From an uncultured delta proteobacterium (GTDB lineage: Bacteria; Desulfobacterota; Binatia; UBA9968): a stretch of 64,000 bases of DNA. Below are positions 1 to 10,690 of this stretch, piece after piece. Under the pieces are notes generated by a model. That model ran no database searches. It saw only the letters and a list, made by a program, of their open reading frames with translations, and had not been told where the DNA came from. Position numbers and translations under genes: made by a program. Each line of letters starts with the position of its first letter. Position 1 is the first letter of the stretch. The stretch covers positions 128,001 through 192,000 of the forward strand of contig CAVUVW010000019.1 in assembly GCA_963745035.1 (NCBI GenBank), read 5' to 3'.

Positions 1-151
1 GCAGTCGCCGGTGCGAAAGCGAGGAGAATCGTCACAATGAAAATGCTTGCGCTCGTCCGGCACGGCATCGAAGACCTCCAACAAAATCCGCAAAACAGCG
101 ATGATCGCAAACTACGTGAAATGGCGGTTGGCCGTCAAGCGAACGGCGAAA

Positions 152-1168
152 TTACTTCCAGATGTTGTCGAGAACGCCGCTCTTTTTAAGCTCCGCGACG
201 TAGCTGTTGTCGAAGTAAGCGCTGGTCGGCATGCTTTGAGCAGATTTTGCGTCGATCATATTGACCTGGACCATGCGCTGAACCATCGCCTGCATCGTGC
301 TTTCCGGCACAAAAGGCTCGCGCACGAAAGTTTCCGTGACATAGCCGTAACTCTGACGCAGCACCTCTCCGTCGGTGATGCCGAGATATTTCGCGATCGA
401 GCGCTTCGTCGATTCCTCATTGGCGATGGCATGGCGGGTCGCCTCGACGGTCGATTTGATCAAGCGCACGATGACGTCTCTATGGCCGGAGGCGTAAGAT
501 TTGCGCGCGACGATACCTTGAGTGAGAAAGCCGCTGCCCCAGCCGCGCAGATCTTTCTGCGAGACCAACTCGCGAAAGCCCTCTTTGAGCATGCGAAAAT
601 TATGCGGCGGCGAGAATAGCGCGCCGTCGATGGCGCCGCGCGACAGGCCGGCGACCGCTTCCGGGAAGCCGCCCATTTGAAGGATGTTCACATCTTTGAG
701 GTTGTGGCGCTCGATGATCGTCCTGAGCGCAAAGTCGGTGACCGAGCCGAAGCGTGTAATGCCGATCTTCTTTCCTTGAATCCCGCGCAGTTCGCGAATG
801 TCGGGGCGCGCAAAAAGCGATTGCGTGAAGTAAGGCGCCATGGCCGCGACTTGGATGATGTCGCCGCCGCGCAGCACATTGGTTACGACCGCGGGACCGC
901 CGAAGCCGGCGACGTTCGAAGATCCCGAAAGCATCGATTGAACGATCACCGCGGACGCGCCGACATAGACCATATCGACGTCGAGGCCGTTTTTCTCGAA
1001 GAGCCTGGCTTCTTTGGCAATGACCCAAGGCATACTGTTGAGGCCGAGTGGGCCGTAGGGAAAGGCGATCTTGGTCAACTCCTGGGACAGCGTCAGTTTA
1101 GGCAAGAGTAGTAGCCAAAGAATGGCAAGACCGATAATGCTCGAGTGGAAGGCGGATGGCTTTTTCAT
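152..1168 (-). CDS. NitT/TauT (NMT1/THI5/SsuA-like) ABC substrate-binding protein
   Basis: 338 aa ORF with N-terminal signal peptide, 'WVIAKEARLFEKNGLDV' and 'GKKIGITRFGSVTD' class II PBP motifs. Confidence 0.88.
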   Translation of the reverse strand: MKKPSAFHSSIIGLAILWLLLLPKLTLSQELTKIAFPYGPLGLNSMPWVIAKEARLFEKNGLDVDMVYVGASAVIVQSMLSGSSNVAGFGGPAVVTNVLRGGDIIQVAAMAPYFTQSLFARPDIRELRGIQGKKIGITRFGSVTDFALRTIIERHNLKDVNILQMGGFPEAVAGLSRGAIDGALFSPPHNFRMLKEGFRELVSQKDLRGWGSGFLTQGIVARKSYASGHRDVIVRLIKSTVEATRHAIANEESTKRSIAKYLGITDGEVLRQSYGYVTETFVREPFVPESTMQAMVQRMVQVNMIDAKSAQSMPTSAYFDNSYVAELKKSGVLDNIWK

Positions 1169-1297
1169 TCATGCTCCGTGGGAATGTCGCTCACCTATCG
1201 AATAGCGCTGCTACGCATGCTTCGTCAAGGAATCCCCGCGGGCTTCTTGCCAAGGTATTTTTCTTCGACTATGGATCAAGGCAGAACGGAGAATGAT

Positions 1298-2104
1298 ATG
1301 CCTAAAGTTAAACTGAATGACGTTGAGGTCTACTACGAAGAACACGGTAAGGGGCGGCCGATGGTGTTTCTCAGTGAAACGGCTTGCGACGGGGAAGTTT
1401 GGAAGATCAATCAGGTCGAGGAATTCTCCCGCGATCACCGCGTCATTATTCACGACTATCGGGGTACGGGCCAGTCGAGCAAACCATCCATCGATTACAC
1501 GACGACGATGTTTGCCGAAGACGTAGTCGCGTTGATGGACCATCTCAACGCGGAGGGTGCGATCATCGTCGGCCATTCCATGGGCGGCAGGGTGGCCCAG
1601 CTGCTCGCTCTCGATCATCCGAAGAAAGTTCACAAACTGGTGTTGGCTTCCACCGGGGCTCACTATCCGCTGACCAAAGGCCTGCCGTTAAAGATTTGCA
1701 AAGAAATGATCGAATGGGGCTATGAGAAGTACGAACGGGACCATACGGTTTTGGTAGGATGGACCGAGGAGTACGTCAAAGCTCATCCGGAGAAGATCGA
1801 GAACTACTTGAAAGTGAGAATGCACAACCTTTGCCCAGTCGAGTTCTACCTGCGCCACTTGCTGGCGCGGCAAAGCCACGATACGAGCCAGCGGCTGAAG
1901 GATATCAAACAGCCTACGCTCATCCTCGTCGGCGAGGGCGATAAAAATATGACCAGTGAGATCAATCACCGCATGTCGTCGGAGGTTCTCGCCAAGGGGA
2001 TTCCGAATTCACGGCTCTTCGTTTTGCCTAACGAGCGGCATAGTTACTTTTTCTCGAATCCTGGCGAGGCGCACAGATTGATTAGAGAGTTTATCACGGA
2101 ATAG
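1298..2104 (+). CDS. alpha/beta fold hydrolase (paralog 1)
   Basis: GHSMGG nucleophile elbow, DYRGTGQS, C-terminal His (ERHSYF). Start set to ATG 1298 after GGAGA SD; matches paralog N-terminus MPKVK. Confidence 0.88.
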   Translation: MPKVKLNDVEVYYEEHGKGRPMVFLSETACDGEVWKINQVEEFSRDHRVIIHDYRGTGQSSKPSIDYTTTMFAEDVVALMDHLNAEGAIIVGHSMGGRVAQLLALDHPKKVHKLVLASTGAHYPLTKGLPLKICKEMIEWGYEKYERDHTVLVGWTEEYVKAHPEKIENYLKVRMHNLCPVEFYLRHLLARQSHDTSQRLKDIKQPTLILVGEGDKNMTSEINHRMSSEVLAKGIPNSRLFVLPNERHSYFFSNPGEAHRLIREFITE

Positions 2105-2194
2105 AGGTGGTCCACTCATACCAACTGCATTTTGAATCGCTTGGGGTTTCATTCCCCGCGGCGGCTGCGTCTTCGCGATGGCCAATCCGAAGGT

Positions 2195-2382
2195 CGTCAT
2201 TCCCGCATGTTTTAAGCGGGAATCCAGGCCAATCTGGATCGGGACCCGACTCAAGCATTCGGGGTAATGGAATCGGAGTCGTTTGAATGACGGGCCTGCG
2301 ATATGCCGCAGTTTGCTGCATGCCGTTCATTTTTTCCTAGATTCCGGGTCGCGCCAGCATCGCCGGCTAGCCCGGAATGACG
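2195..2382. repeat. REP-like palindromes, CGTCATTCC...GGAATGACG family (copy 1)
   Basis: cgtcattcccgc-atgttttaa-gcgggaatccag ... ctagattccggg...cccggaatgacg; same family at 38365, 42143 and 50260. Confidence 0.75.
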
Positions 2383-2406
2383 ATCGCTAAATCGGATTGG
2401 AGGGAT

Positions 2407-3216
2407 ATGCCGAAGGTCAAAGTCAACGACGCCGAGATTTACTACGAAGTTCACGGTCAAGGCCAACCGTTTATTTTCTTCAGCGAGACGGCCTGCGACG
2501 GCGAGATCTGGAAGCTCTTTCAGGTTCCCGAGTTTTCGAAGGACCACCTGGTCATCGTTCACGACTACCGCGGCACCGGCCGCTCAAGCAAACCATCGAT
2601 CGACTACACGACGCGGATGTTCTGCGAAGACGCCGTGGCCGTTTTGGACGATTTGAAGGTGAAGGACGCCGTCGTGCTCGGCCACTCGATGGGCGGACGG
2701 GTCGCGCAATTGCTCGCCTTGGAGTATCCCGAGCGGGTGAAGCAGTTGATTCTTGCGTCCACCGGGGCGTCATTCCCCGGCCCCGCCGGTCTGCCGCTCA
2801 CGATGTGCAAGGAGATGATCGAGTGGGGTTATGAAAAATATGTGCGGGAGCACACGATCCAGGTCGGTTTCACGCCTGAGTTCGTTCGAGATCGGCCGGA
2901 GCGGCTGGAATCGTTCTTTCGCGCGCGCCTCGCCAATCTGTGTCCCGTGGAATTTTACCTGCGTCATGTGCTGGCGCGGCAAAGCCATGACACGAGCAGG
3001 CGCTTAAAAGATGTTCGGATGCCGACGCTCGTCATGGTAGGCGAGCACGAGGGCGACCCCAAGGTCGTGATGACCCATCGCATGTCGTCCGACATATTGG
3101 CGAAGGGCATACCCGGCGCCCGATTCGTCGTGCTCGCGGATCAGAAGCACAATTATTTCACGAGTGCGCCGGAGGAAGCTCACAAGGTTATCCGGCAATT
3201 CTTGCGAGACTCATAA
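2407..3216 (+). CDS. alpha/beta fold hydrolase (paralog 2, tandem duplicate)
   Basis: Near-collinear with 1298..2104; shares FSETACDGE, GHSMGGRVAQLLAL, NLCPVEFYLRH and HRMSS blocks. Confidence 0.88.
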   Translation: MPKVKVNDAEIYYEVHGQGQPFIFFSETACDGEIWKLFQVPEFSKDHLVIVHDYRGTGRSSKPSIDYTTRMFCEDAVAVLDDLKVKDAVVLGHSMGGRVAQLLALEYPERVKQLILASTGASFPGPAGLPLTMCKEMIEWGYEKYVREHTIQVGFTPEFVRDRPERLESFFRARLANLCPVEFYLRHVLARQSHDTSRRLKDVRMPTLVMVGEHEGDPKVVMTHRMSSDILAKGIPGARFVVLADQKHNYFTSAPEEAHKVIRQFLRDS

Positions 3217-3248
3217 ACGTCTACGATTGGGCTCGAGCATTTCCCCCA

Positions 3249-4256
3249 TTACTTGCCGTAGAGCGATTTGGTAAAGCCGCTGTCTTCCAGCTCCTTCACC
3301 AAACTTTCATCGACAAACGTTTTCGCGTCGCGTTCCTTCACCTTCGGCTCGTCTTCCGCGACCTTGTCGATGATGGTCTGAACACTTCTCAACGCGGGAT
3401 AGGGAACATCATTGTACGCGGTCGCGAGCAGATTGTAGGACTGTTCAAGATAGCGATTGTCCCGTTCCTGCTCGGACTGAATTCGCAGCTTCTTGCGCAT
3501 GATATCCAGGCTCTCTTTCTTGTTTTTTTTGAAGTAGGCGATGCCCTCGATGTAACCGCGCATGAAGCGCAGTGAGGCTTCGCGGTTCTTGCGCAGGTAA
3601 CCGCGCGTGCTTTCCAGAGTGTTTTGCAGATAAAAGATATCCATCGTGGTCGGATCGCCGATGATCCGGTAGCCGCGATCCTCGGCGACGAAGAACGTCG
3701 GAAGGGTCAATACCGCAGCGTCGACGCCGCCCTTGTCCAAGCTCGCGAGCATCGCCGGAGAGGAGCCGAGCTGAAGAATCTGCACCTGGTCGGTTCGCAT
3801 GTTCCACTTCTTCAGCATCAAGAGCAGGACGAGATGCGCGGCCGAGCCGTATTGGGTGATGCCGATTTTGCGGCCTTTGAGCTCCTGATAGTTTTTGATG
3901 TCTTGCCGCGCCATGATTCGCTGCAGTCCTTTGCTGAGTGTCGACGCCGCGATGACCGTATCGGCTCCCCTGACCTGAGAACGGACCGAGCCTTCACCTC
4001 CGCCGACGGAGAAATGGAGATCTCCCGCGACCAGAGAGCTAACGACTCTTGCCCCGCCGCCACCGACGACGATGACTTCGACGTCGATGCCGTGCTTTCT
4101 AAATAGGCCTTTGTCTTCGGCGACCCAGATGCTGCCGTTGGTGGCGCTGACCGAGCTCAATCCGATGCGGAGCTTCTCCTGCGCCGACGCAGGCGCTGAG
4201 GCAAGCGAGATCAACAACGTTGCATGGATCAGCGATGTCCATTGAAGAATCTTCAT
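3249..4256 (-). CDS. NitT/TauT-type ABC substrate-binding protein
   Basis: Start MKILQW (ATG 4256, GAGG SD), signal peptide ending ASA-Q, 'WVAEDKGLFRKHGIDVE' and 'GRKIGITQYGS'. Confidence 0.88.
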   Translation of the reverse strand: MKILQWTSLIHATLLISLASAPASAQEKLRIGLSSVSATNGSIWVAEDKGLFRKHGIDVEVIVVGGGGARVVSSLVAGDLHFSVGGGEGSVRSQVRGADTVIAASTLSKGLQRIMARQDIKNYQELKGRKIGITQYGSAAHLVLLLMLKKWNMRTDQVQILQLGSSPAMLASLDKGGVDAAVLTLPTFFVAEDRGYRIIGDPTTMDIFYLQNTLESTRGYLRKNREASLRFMRGYIEGIAYFKKNKKESLDIMRKKLRIQSEQERDNRYLEQSYNLLATAYNDVPYPALRSVQTIIDKVAEDEPKVKERDAKTFVDESLVKELEDSGFTKSLYGK

Positions 4257-4417
4257 GTGAGTCACCTCGATGTTGTCTGTAGATACAAGATCCGAGCCAT
4301 TGCGCGCAGGCCGTACGCAACCGTTCTGACTCGCGCGAAAGGATGTTTCGTACATTTCGGAACGAGAGTGGTGCTGAATTTTTGGGCGCTGCCCAAAGCG
4401 TGACCAGCAAGGAAGCG

Positions 4418-4748
4418 TTACAGATGAACGAAGGCGCGCACCCAATCGGTTGGCTTCGCGGTATGTCCTTGGCCGGTCAGGTCTTCTGCGAGAAATACAT
4501 CACCCGGGCCCGAAAGTTTTCTTGGTGCCGTCTCCCAGGCCGATCTCGACGCTGCCTGAAAGGGTAATGCACCACTGGCGGCGCGGCGCGTTGTGCCAGG
4601 CGTGAAGATCATCCCGGAGCGCGTCGTTTTTGAATACCAACGCGGTGGCGGCAACGTCTGCCAGAAAATGCTTCGACCCCGCCTTTTGATCCAAATCTTC
4701 AAAGTGGGATTTGCCATCTTCTCCAGTATAGAGTCGACAAAATTGCAT
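4418..4748 (-). CDS. small cupin-domain protein (one +1 frameshift near 4505)
   Basis: ORF 4500..4748 (WHNAPRRQWCITLSG...FGPG) continues in ORF 4418 frame (GDVFLAEDLTGQGH) after removing one G from a G-run. Confidence 0.75.
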
Positions 4749-5008
4749 TGAGCCTCCGAGAGTTGAAGTTCAGCCGACTCAGTTAGCAGTAACCCGACAG
4801 TGTTTTCAAGCGAAATCAACTGTCATTTTTCTGGGATAGTGGTTCAGGTTGAGTTTGGTTCGAATCGGGCGCAGGAAAAAAGGTTTCCCGCGTTTTTGCT
4901 TGGAATCGGAAAGAAATATCGGGTGTGCGATCTCGAACGGATTGAAAAAGTTTTCTTTGATTGAGGCACTACCTCGTCGAGCAATTGGATGCGGTTGGAA
5001 CGGTTCGG

Positions 5009-5755
5009 CTAGCGCGACGCCTTGAAGCGCAATCGTACATAGTCTGCGTACCAAGCGCCGTCCGATTTTTGGAGAGCGGGCTCGAGCGCGGCCCGGACTT
5101 CGTTGAGAAAATTGGGTGTCTCGGATTCTGTCACCGAGCGCGTAAACGGCTGGGCAAACACACTCAACCAGTCAAGGATATCGCCCGGCAGCTTGGTGGG
5201 GCGCGGGATCAGCTCGATAGAGTCGATTGTGAAACCAAATTGGCCGAGCAACGCGGAATATTCCTGTGGCGACGGGTAATACCACGGATCGACTGTCCAC
5301 GGATCGATGCCACGCTTGCGTAGTCCCGCATGAAGCGCTGCGCGGATGGTTTCCACATTTCCTTGGCCGCCGAACTCGCCGACGAAGCGGCCGCGGGACT
5401 TCAAACAATTCGCGACGCCTTCGACCACGGAAATTGGCTGCTTCATCCAGTGGAGCGCGGCGTTGCTGAACACGGCATCGAAGCCCGGCTTGAGCGAGAG
5501 ACGTTGGCCATCCATCCGCGCCACGTCAAGGCCGCGCTTGCGCGCGACCCCCAGCAACGCGGCGCTGGCATCGACCCCTACAACCCTGGCACCAGCGGCG
5601 GCAATCTTTTCCGTGAGATCCCCATCGCCGCAGCCGAGATCCAAGATCATCTCACCTGATTTCGGGTCAAGCAGTTTCAGCAAGGGTTCGCCGAGGTCGG
5701 AGACAAAGCGCGCGCTCTTCGAATAGGTGTCGGGATTCCACGAAGTTTGTTTCAT
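5009..5755 (-). CDS. class I SAM-dependent methyltransferase (trans-aconitate MTase-like)
   Basis: ILDLGCGDG motif I, 'FDAVFSNAALHW', 'DYVRLRF'; start MKQTSW. Confidence 0.85.
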   Translation of the reverse strand: MKQTSWNPDTYSKSARFVSDLGEPLLKLLDPKSGEMILDLGCGDGDLTEKIAAAGARVVGVDASAALLGVARKRGLDVARMDGQRLSLKPGFDAVFSNAALHWMKQPISVVEGVANCLKSRGRFVGEFGGQGNVETIRAALHAGLRKRGIDPWTVDPWYYPSPQEYSALLGQFGFTIDSIELIPRPTKLPGDILDWLSVFAQPFTRSVTESETPNFLNEVRAALEPALQKSDGAWYADYVRLRFKASR

Positions 5756-5784
5756 GACCTTTAACGATAGCATTCGCGCTTCGC

Positions 5785-5812
5785 TTGAAAAAGCGTAAAT
5801 TCTCCGTAGTCT
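5785..5812 (+). promoter_or_regulatory. putative sigma70 promoter of the exporter operon (near-leaderless)
   Basis: TTGAAA-16nt-TAGTCT, 10 nt before ATG 5823, no SD. Confidence 0.35.
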
Positions 5813-5822
5813 TATCTGTTCA

Positions 5823-7019
5823 ATGGCAACCCGCGACACCGATTTGTCTTCGCTGCGCATCGACCGGTCATCTCATAGCCCGCAAACACCGCGCCGGGCG
5901 AAGCCGATCAAGAAAATTTTGCTCTGGGGAAGCGTCGTTGCCGTAATCGTGTTCGGATTCTTTATGGTGGGCGCCTGGTTTAGGCCCGCCGTGGAAGTGC
6001 AACTGGCTACCGCCGCGCTCACGTCACCATCGCAGGCCAACGCGGTGTTGACGGCGAGCGGCTATGTAGTGGCGCGCCGCAAGGCCGCGGTCGCGTCCAA
6101 GGGAACGGGGCGTTTGGTCTTCCTGGGCGTGGAGGAAGGCGACAAAGTCCAAAAGGGGCAGGTGATTGCCCGGTTGGAGGACGCCGACGTGATCGCCGCG
6201 CGCGACAGGGCGCGGGAAAATCTTCGTCTCGCGGAAGCCGATCTCTACGACGCCAAGAAGAATTTGGAACGCATGCGCATCTTGCTCAAGCAGGAAGCGA
6301 TCGCGCCGGTGGAAGTCGATGTCGCCGATGCGCGTTACAAAAGAGTGGTTGCGGCTATCGAAGCGGCGAAGTATGGCGTCCGAGAAGCAGAGGTGGCCGT
6401 GGACAACACGCGAATCGTTGCGCCGTTCGACGGCACCGTGTTGAAGAAGAATGCCGATGTCGGCGAGATCGTCGCGCCGCTGGCGGGCGCGGCAAGCTCA
6501 AGGGCGGCGGTGGTCACCATCGCAGACATGTCTTCGCTCGAGGTCGATGCCGATGTTTCCGAGGCAAATATTACCCGCGTGTCCGCCCAGCAGAATTGCG
6601 AGATCACGCTGGACGCTTACCCGCAGCATCGCTATCCCGGCTTCGTCAGCAACATTGTCCCCACCGCGGACCGCGCCAAAGCGACGGTCATGGTAAAGAT
6701 CAAGTTCAAAGAATACGACCAGCGCGTGCTGCCGGAGATGGGCGCAAAAATCACGTTTCTCGCCGCCGGCACAGCGGTCGATACGACCAATGTCAAACCG
6801 CTTCTCACTGTTCCCGCTGCTGCAGTGGCCAACCGTGACGGACGGCAAGTCGTCTATCAGGTTAATGACGATCGCGCCGTTGAAGTCGCTGTGACGACCG
6901 GTCGAAAAGTGGGGAACTCGATCGAAATTACCGGTGGCCTCAAAGAGGGTGACAAGGTTATCGGCAAAGTGGATGAGCAGATCGAGAACGGCACCAAGGT
7001 AGCGCTCGGCAAAAAGTAA
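5823..7019 (+). CDS. efflux membrane-fusion (periplasmic adaptor) protein, MacA-like
   Basis: N-terminal TM, '[16 protein letters not shown]', 'IVAPFDGTV', 'GLKEGDKV'. Confidence 0.9.
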   Translation: MATRDTDLSSLRIDRSSHSPQTPRRAKPIKKILLWGSVVAVIVFGFFMVGAWFRPAVEVQLATAALTSPSQANAVLTASGYVVARRKAAVASKGTGRLVFLGVEEGDKVQKGQVIARLEDADVIAARDRARENLRLAEADLYDAKKNLERMRILLKQEAIAPVEVDVADARYKRVVAAIEAAKYGVREAEVAVDNTRIVAPFDGTVLKKNADVGEIVAPLAGAASSRAAVVTIADMSSLEVDADVSEANITRVSAQQNCEITLDAYPQHRYPGFVSNIVPTADRAKATVMVKIKFKEYDQRVLPEMGAKITFLAAGTAVDTTNVKPLLTVPAAAVANRDGRQVVYQVNDDRAVEVAVTTGRKVGNSIEITGGLKEGDKVIGKVDEQIENGTKVALGKK

Positions 7020-7024
7020 ACTCG

Positions 7025-7696
7025 ATGGAAGCTCTCATTCAGGTGCAGGAGCTGTACAAATCGTACCACCGCGACAGCCTCGAAATTCCCGTCTTGCGAA
7101 ATATCAACCTGGAAATTGCGGCGGGTGAATTCATCGCGTTCATGGGGCCATCGGGTTCGGGCAAGACGACGTTGCTCAATCTCATCGCCGGGATCGATAA
7201 GCCGACCGCGGGAAGAATTCTCATCGGCGGCACCGACGTCGCCGAGCTGACCGAGACTGAGCTTGCCGTGTGGCGCTCGCGCAACGTCGGTTTCATTTTC
7301 CAGTTTTATAATCTTATTCCCGTACTGACGGCGCTGGAGAACGTCGAGTTGCCGCTGACTCTCACACCGCTTTCGAAAAAGGAGCGCTGGGCGCATGCTG
7401 AAACCGCGCTGAGCGTCGTCGGGCTCGCTGAGCGAATGCACCACTATCCGCGCCAGCTTTCCGGCGGCCAGGAGCAGCGCGTGGCGATTGCGCGAGCGAT
7501 TGCGACCGATCCGGCGATCCTGGTTGCAGATGAACCCACAGGCGACCTGGATAAAACTTCAGCCGAGGAAGTGCTCGATCTGATGGACAGGCTCAATCGC
7601 GAGCTCAGCAAAACCATTCTGATGGTCACCCACGATCCGCGTGCCGCCGAACGCGCGCGATCGGTGCGGCACTTGGAAAAGGGCGAGCTCGCATAG
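7025..7696 (+). CDS. ABC transporter ATP-binding protein (MacB/LolD type)
   Basis: GPSGSGKT Walker A, LSGGQEQR signature, ADEPTG, VTHD. Confidence 0.95.
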   Translation: MEALIQVQELYKSYHRDSLEIPVLRNINLEIAAGEFIAFMGPSGSGKTTLLNLIAGIDKPTAGRILIGGTDVAELTETELAVWRSRNVGFIFQFYNLIPVLTALENVELPLTLTPLSKKERWAHAETALSVVGLAERMHHYPRQLSGGQEQRVAIARAIATDPAILVADEPTGDLDKTSAEEVLDLMDRLNRELSKTILMVTHDPRAAERARSVRHLEKGELA

Positions 7697-7822
7697 CAAC
7701 CGGCTGAAAGAGATCATATGCTTCGTTGCGCTCGATCGCCCTCGTCAACGTACCGCGACAGTACGCCTCCTCGCGTCGATTCTTCGCGCGTCTCGCCTCT
7801 GAGATCTTTTTGAGCCGGTTGC
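7696..7822. repeat. ~127 bp MITE-like element with 20 bp terminal inverted repeats
   Basis: gcaaccggctgaaagagatc (7696) and gatctttttgagccggttgc (ending 7822), 18/20 complementary; non-coding interior. Confidence 0.6.
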
Positions 7823-7847
7823 AATAAATAGCTAACGAACTAAAGAC

Positions 7848-9008
7848 ATGGAACTCCTCCGATTACTGTTGCGAAACACACTGCGCCACAAGCTACGCAG
7901 CTTGCTCACCATCATCGGCGTAGGAGTCGCGGTGATGGCGTTCGCATTGCTGCAGACGGTGGTTACGGCGTGGTACGCCGGAGTCGAGGCGTCGGCGGCC
8001 AACCGGCTGATCACCAGGCACGCAGTGTCGTTTGTATTTCCGTTGCCGCTTGCGTACCGCGATCGCATCGCACAAGTGCCGGGTGTCAATAAGGTGACCT
8101 ACGCGGTTTGGTTTTCCGGCGTCTATATCGACAAAAATCAATTCTTCGCTCGCTTGGCCGTGGATTCCGATACGTTTTTCGACGTCTACCCGGAATTCGT
8201 GATCGAGCGCGAGCAGTTCGAGGCTTTCAAACGTGAGCGCAACGCCGCGATTATCGGCATCGACATCGCCAACCGCTACAATTTGGAAATCGGGGACGTC
8301 ATGCCCATGGAGGGGGACGTCTACCCGGGGCAATGGGAGTTCGTGGTGCGCGGTATCTATCAGCCGCGCGATCAAACTACCGACCCGTCTTCAATGATGT
8401 TTCACTACCGCTACATCGACGAGCGGGTACGGCAGGAGCGTCCGGATCGAGCCGGCGAGATCGGTTGGTACATCGTGCGCATCGACGATCCGGACAATTC
8501 GGCCAGAATATCCCAGGACATCGATAATTTATTCACGAATTCTCGGGCCGAAACCAAAACGGAAACCGAGCGTGCGTTTCAGCAAAGCTTTTTGTCCGCC
8601 GCCAGCGCAGTAATCACGGCGATGAACATCATGTCTTTTGTCATTATCGGGATTATTCTGCTGGTCGTCGGGAACACCATGGTGATGTCGGCACGCGAGC
8701 GTACCCATGAATTCGCGGTGCTCAAAGCGTTAGGATTTTCCGGCCGGCAGTTGTTTTTCCTGCTTACCGGTGAGTCGATGATTTTATCCATTCTCGGCAG
8801 CGCAGTGGGACTGTTGGTGACGCTACCCGCAGTGCAGGGATTTCAAACCGCCCTGCCAAAAGGTTGGTTTCCGGTGTTCTACATCAAGCCGGAGACTATT
8901 GTGATTGGCTGCATCGCAGGTTTTGCGGTCGGCCTGATCGCATCGTTGATCCCGTTGCGCCGTGTTTTGACGACGCGGATCGTCGAAGGACTGCGCTATG
9001 TGGGTTAA
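7848..9008 (+). CDS. ABC transporter permease, FtsX/MacB family
   Basis: 'RSLLTIIG' TM1, periplasmic domain, 'RERTHEFAVLKALGF' motif, three C-terminal TMs. Confidence 0.92.
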   Translation: MELLRLLLRNTLRHKLRSLLTIIGVGVAVMAFALLQTVVTAWYAGVEASAANRLITRHAVSFVFPLPLAYRDRIAQVPGVNKVTYAVWFSGVYIDKNQFFARLAVDSDTFFDVYPEFVIEREQFEAFKRERNAAIIGIDIANRYNLEIGDVMPMEGDVYPGQWEFVVRGIYQPRDQTTDPSSMMFHYRYIDERVRQERPDRAGEIGWYIVRIDDPDNSARISQDIDNLFTNSRAETKTETERAFQQSFLSAASAVITAMNIMSFVIIGIILLVVGNTMVMSARERTHEFAVLKALGFSGRQLFFLLTGESMILSILGSAVGLLVTLPAVQGFQTALPKGWFPVFYIKPETIVIGCIAGFAVGLIASLIPLRRVLTTRIVEGLRYVG

Positions 9009-9017
9009 CGAAGAGAT

Positions 9018-9104
9018 CTCACCGCCGAGGCGCAGAGTACGCTGAGGAGAACGCTTATCAAGGAATGCGATTGTCTCTGCGATCCTCTGTATCTCTGCGG
9101 TGAG
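9018..9104. repeat. REP-like palindrome, CACCGCAGAG...CTCTGCGGTG family
   Basis: ctcaccgccgaggcgcagag ... ctctgtatctctgcggtgag inverted arms between the permease genes; related half-motif at 55714. Confidence 0.65.
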
Positions 9105-9122
9105 TAGTGATTGATCTTCATT

Positions 9123-10292
9123 ATGCAGATTCCCCTGAAATACATCGTGCGCAGTTCGATCTCCCGGCGATTGACTACTGTCATTACCATGCTCGGTATC
9201 GCGCTCGTCGTGTTTGTTTTCTCTGCCGTGCTGATGATGGCCAACGGCGTGCAAAAGACGCTGCGGTCAACCGGATCGGACGATAATATGATCGTGGTGC
9301 GCAAGGCGGCGATGAGCGAGATCATGAGCATCCTCGACCGGGAAGCGGCCGGTATCATCGTCAATCTGCCCTACGTCGCACGCTTCGCCGACGGCAGGCC
9401 GATGAGCTCCAAGGAAGTCGTCGTCATCATCAACCTGAACAAACTCAACGCCGAAGGGATCAGCAACGTGACCGTACGCGGCGTCGAGGAAGCCGCCTTT
9501 CAGTTACGGCCGCAGGTGCGCATCAGTCAGGGTCGCATGTTCAACTGGGGCGCGCGCGAGGTGATCGCCGGCGCGGGCATCACCACTCGCTTTGCCGGAG
9601 CGCAGATCGGTGAGAAAGTGAAGTTCGGCGGTGACCTCTGGACCGTAGTCGGGATCTTCGATTCGGATGGGAGCGGATTCGATTCGGAGCTGTGGGGCGA
9701 TCTGAATCAGATCGCCGATGCTTTCAAGCGGTCGTCTTTGTCGACCGTCACATTGCGGCTTAAAGATCCGGCAGAATTCTCCACGGTGGTAGAGGCTTTC
9801 GAAGCGGATAACCGGCTGCACTACTTCGCGCCCAAGCGGGAAAAGAAGTTTTTCGAGGAACAATCCGAGATGATGGCGACGTTCATCCGGATCCTGGGTA
9901 TCTTCATCACCGTGATTTTCAGCACCGGCGCCATGATCGGCGCGATGATCACCATGTACGGTGCCGTGGCGAATCGAACCGTAGAGATCGGCACCTTGCG
10001 CGCGCTGGGGTTTTTCCGCCGCAGCATTCTGTTGGCCTTTCTGATCGAGTCGTTGTTTCTGTCGCTCGTCGGTGGCCTGGTGGGGCTCGGAATCGCGTCT
10101 CTGCTACAATTTTTTACGATCTCCACCCTCAACTTGGGCTCTTTCTCCGAGTTGGCTTTTTCTTTTGCGTTGTCACCGTCGATCGTTGCCATCTCGCTTG
10201 GCTTTTCTCTGCTGATGGGTCTGATCGGTGGATTCCTGCCAGCGGTCGGAGCCGCGCGCCTCAACATCATCCAGGCACTGCGAACGGTTTAA
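9123..10292 (+). CDS. ABC transporter permease, FtsX/MacB family (second)
   Basis: 'RTVEIGTLRALGF' motif and the same 1+3 TM topology. Confidence 0.92.
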   Translation: MQIPLKYIVRSSISRRLTTVITMLGIALVVFVFSAVLMMANGVQKTLRSTGSDDNMIVVRKAAMSEIMSILDREAAGIIVNLPYVARFADGRPMSSKEVVVIINLNKLNAEGISNVTVRGVEEAAFQLRPQVRISQGRMFNWGAREVIAGAGITTRFAGAQIGEKVKFGGDLWTVVGIFDSDGSGFDSELWGDLNQIADAFKRSSLSTVTLRLKDPAEFSTVVEAFEADNRLHYFAPKREKKFFEEQSEMMATFIRILGIFITVIFSTGAMIGAMITMYGAVANRTVEIGTLRALGFFRRSILLAFLIESLFLSLVGGLVGLGIASLLQFFTISTLNLGSFSELAFSFALSPSIVAISLGFSLLMGLIGGFLPAVGAARLNIIQALRTV

Positions 10293-10370
10293 CAGATCTC
10301 GTGTCAGCCCATCGCACAACCGCACCTCCCACACATAGAGCGCTGGCCGAGCGACCGCTCGCAATTGAAG

Positions 10371-10399
10371 TAGCCATGATTCGGCCGGGCGGGTAGAAT
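10371..10399 (+). promoter_or_regulatory. putative sigma70 promoter at the left of the glycan island
   Basis: TAGCCA-17nt-TAGAAT. Confidence 0.3.
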
Positions 10400-10690
10400 G
10401 ACTCAATTTAACTTGGGTTAAAAGCCTGCGGCTGATGACAAGTTTATTATATCGGAAGACCGATGGCAGTTTTGCCATGCGAATGGCAGCGATGTTGGTC
10501 GCTTTGTTGCGGGTGGTTCCGCTTTCGTCCGTCCGCGCGAACATAGGAAGGGACCGTATGATTCAGGCAATATGCGACAACCCAATCGCTCTGCGGGCGA
10601 TCTGTCCGTGGGTTGACTGTGGCCAGTCTTGTGGATAGAAACTATTCGTTTGCCTGATTTGCCTCGAATGCTGTGTTGGCGGTCTCGTAG

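Noticed and set aside
10388-10400. RfaH ops element (GGCGGTAGnnTG) upstream of the glycan genes
   Set aside because: The sequence is GGCGGGTAGAATG (one extra G), there is no JUMPstart context, and it is equally explained as a -10 box
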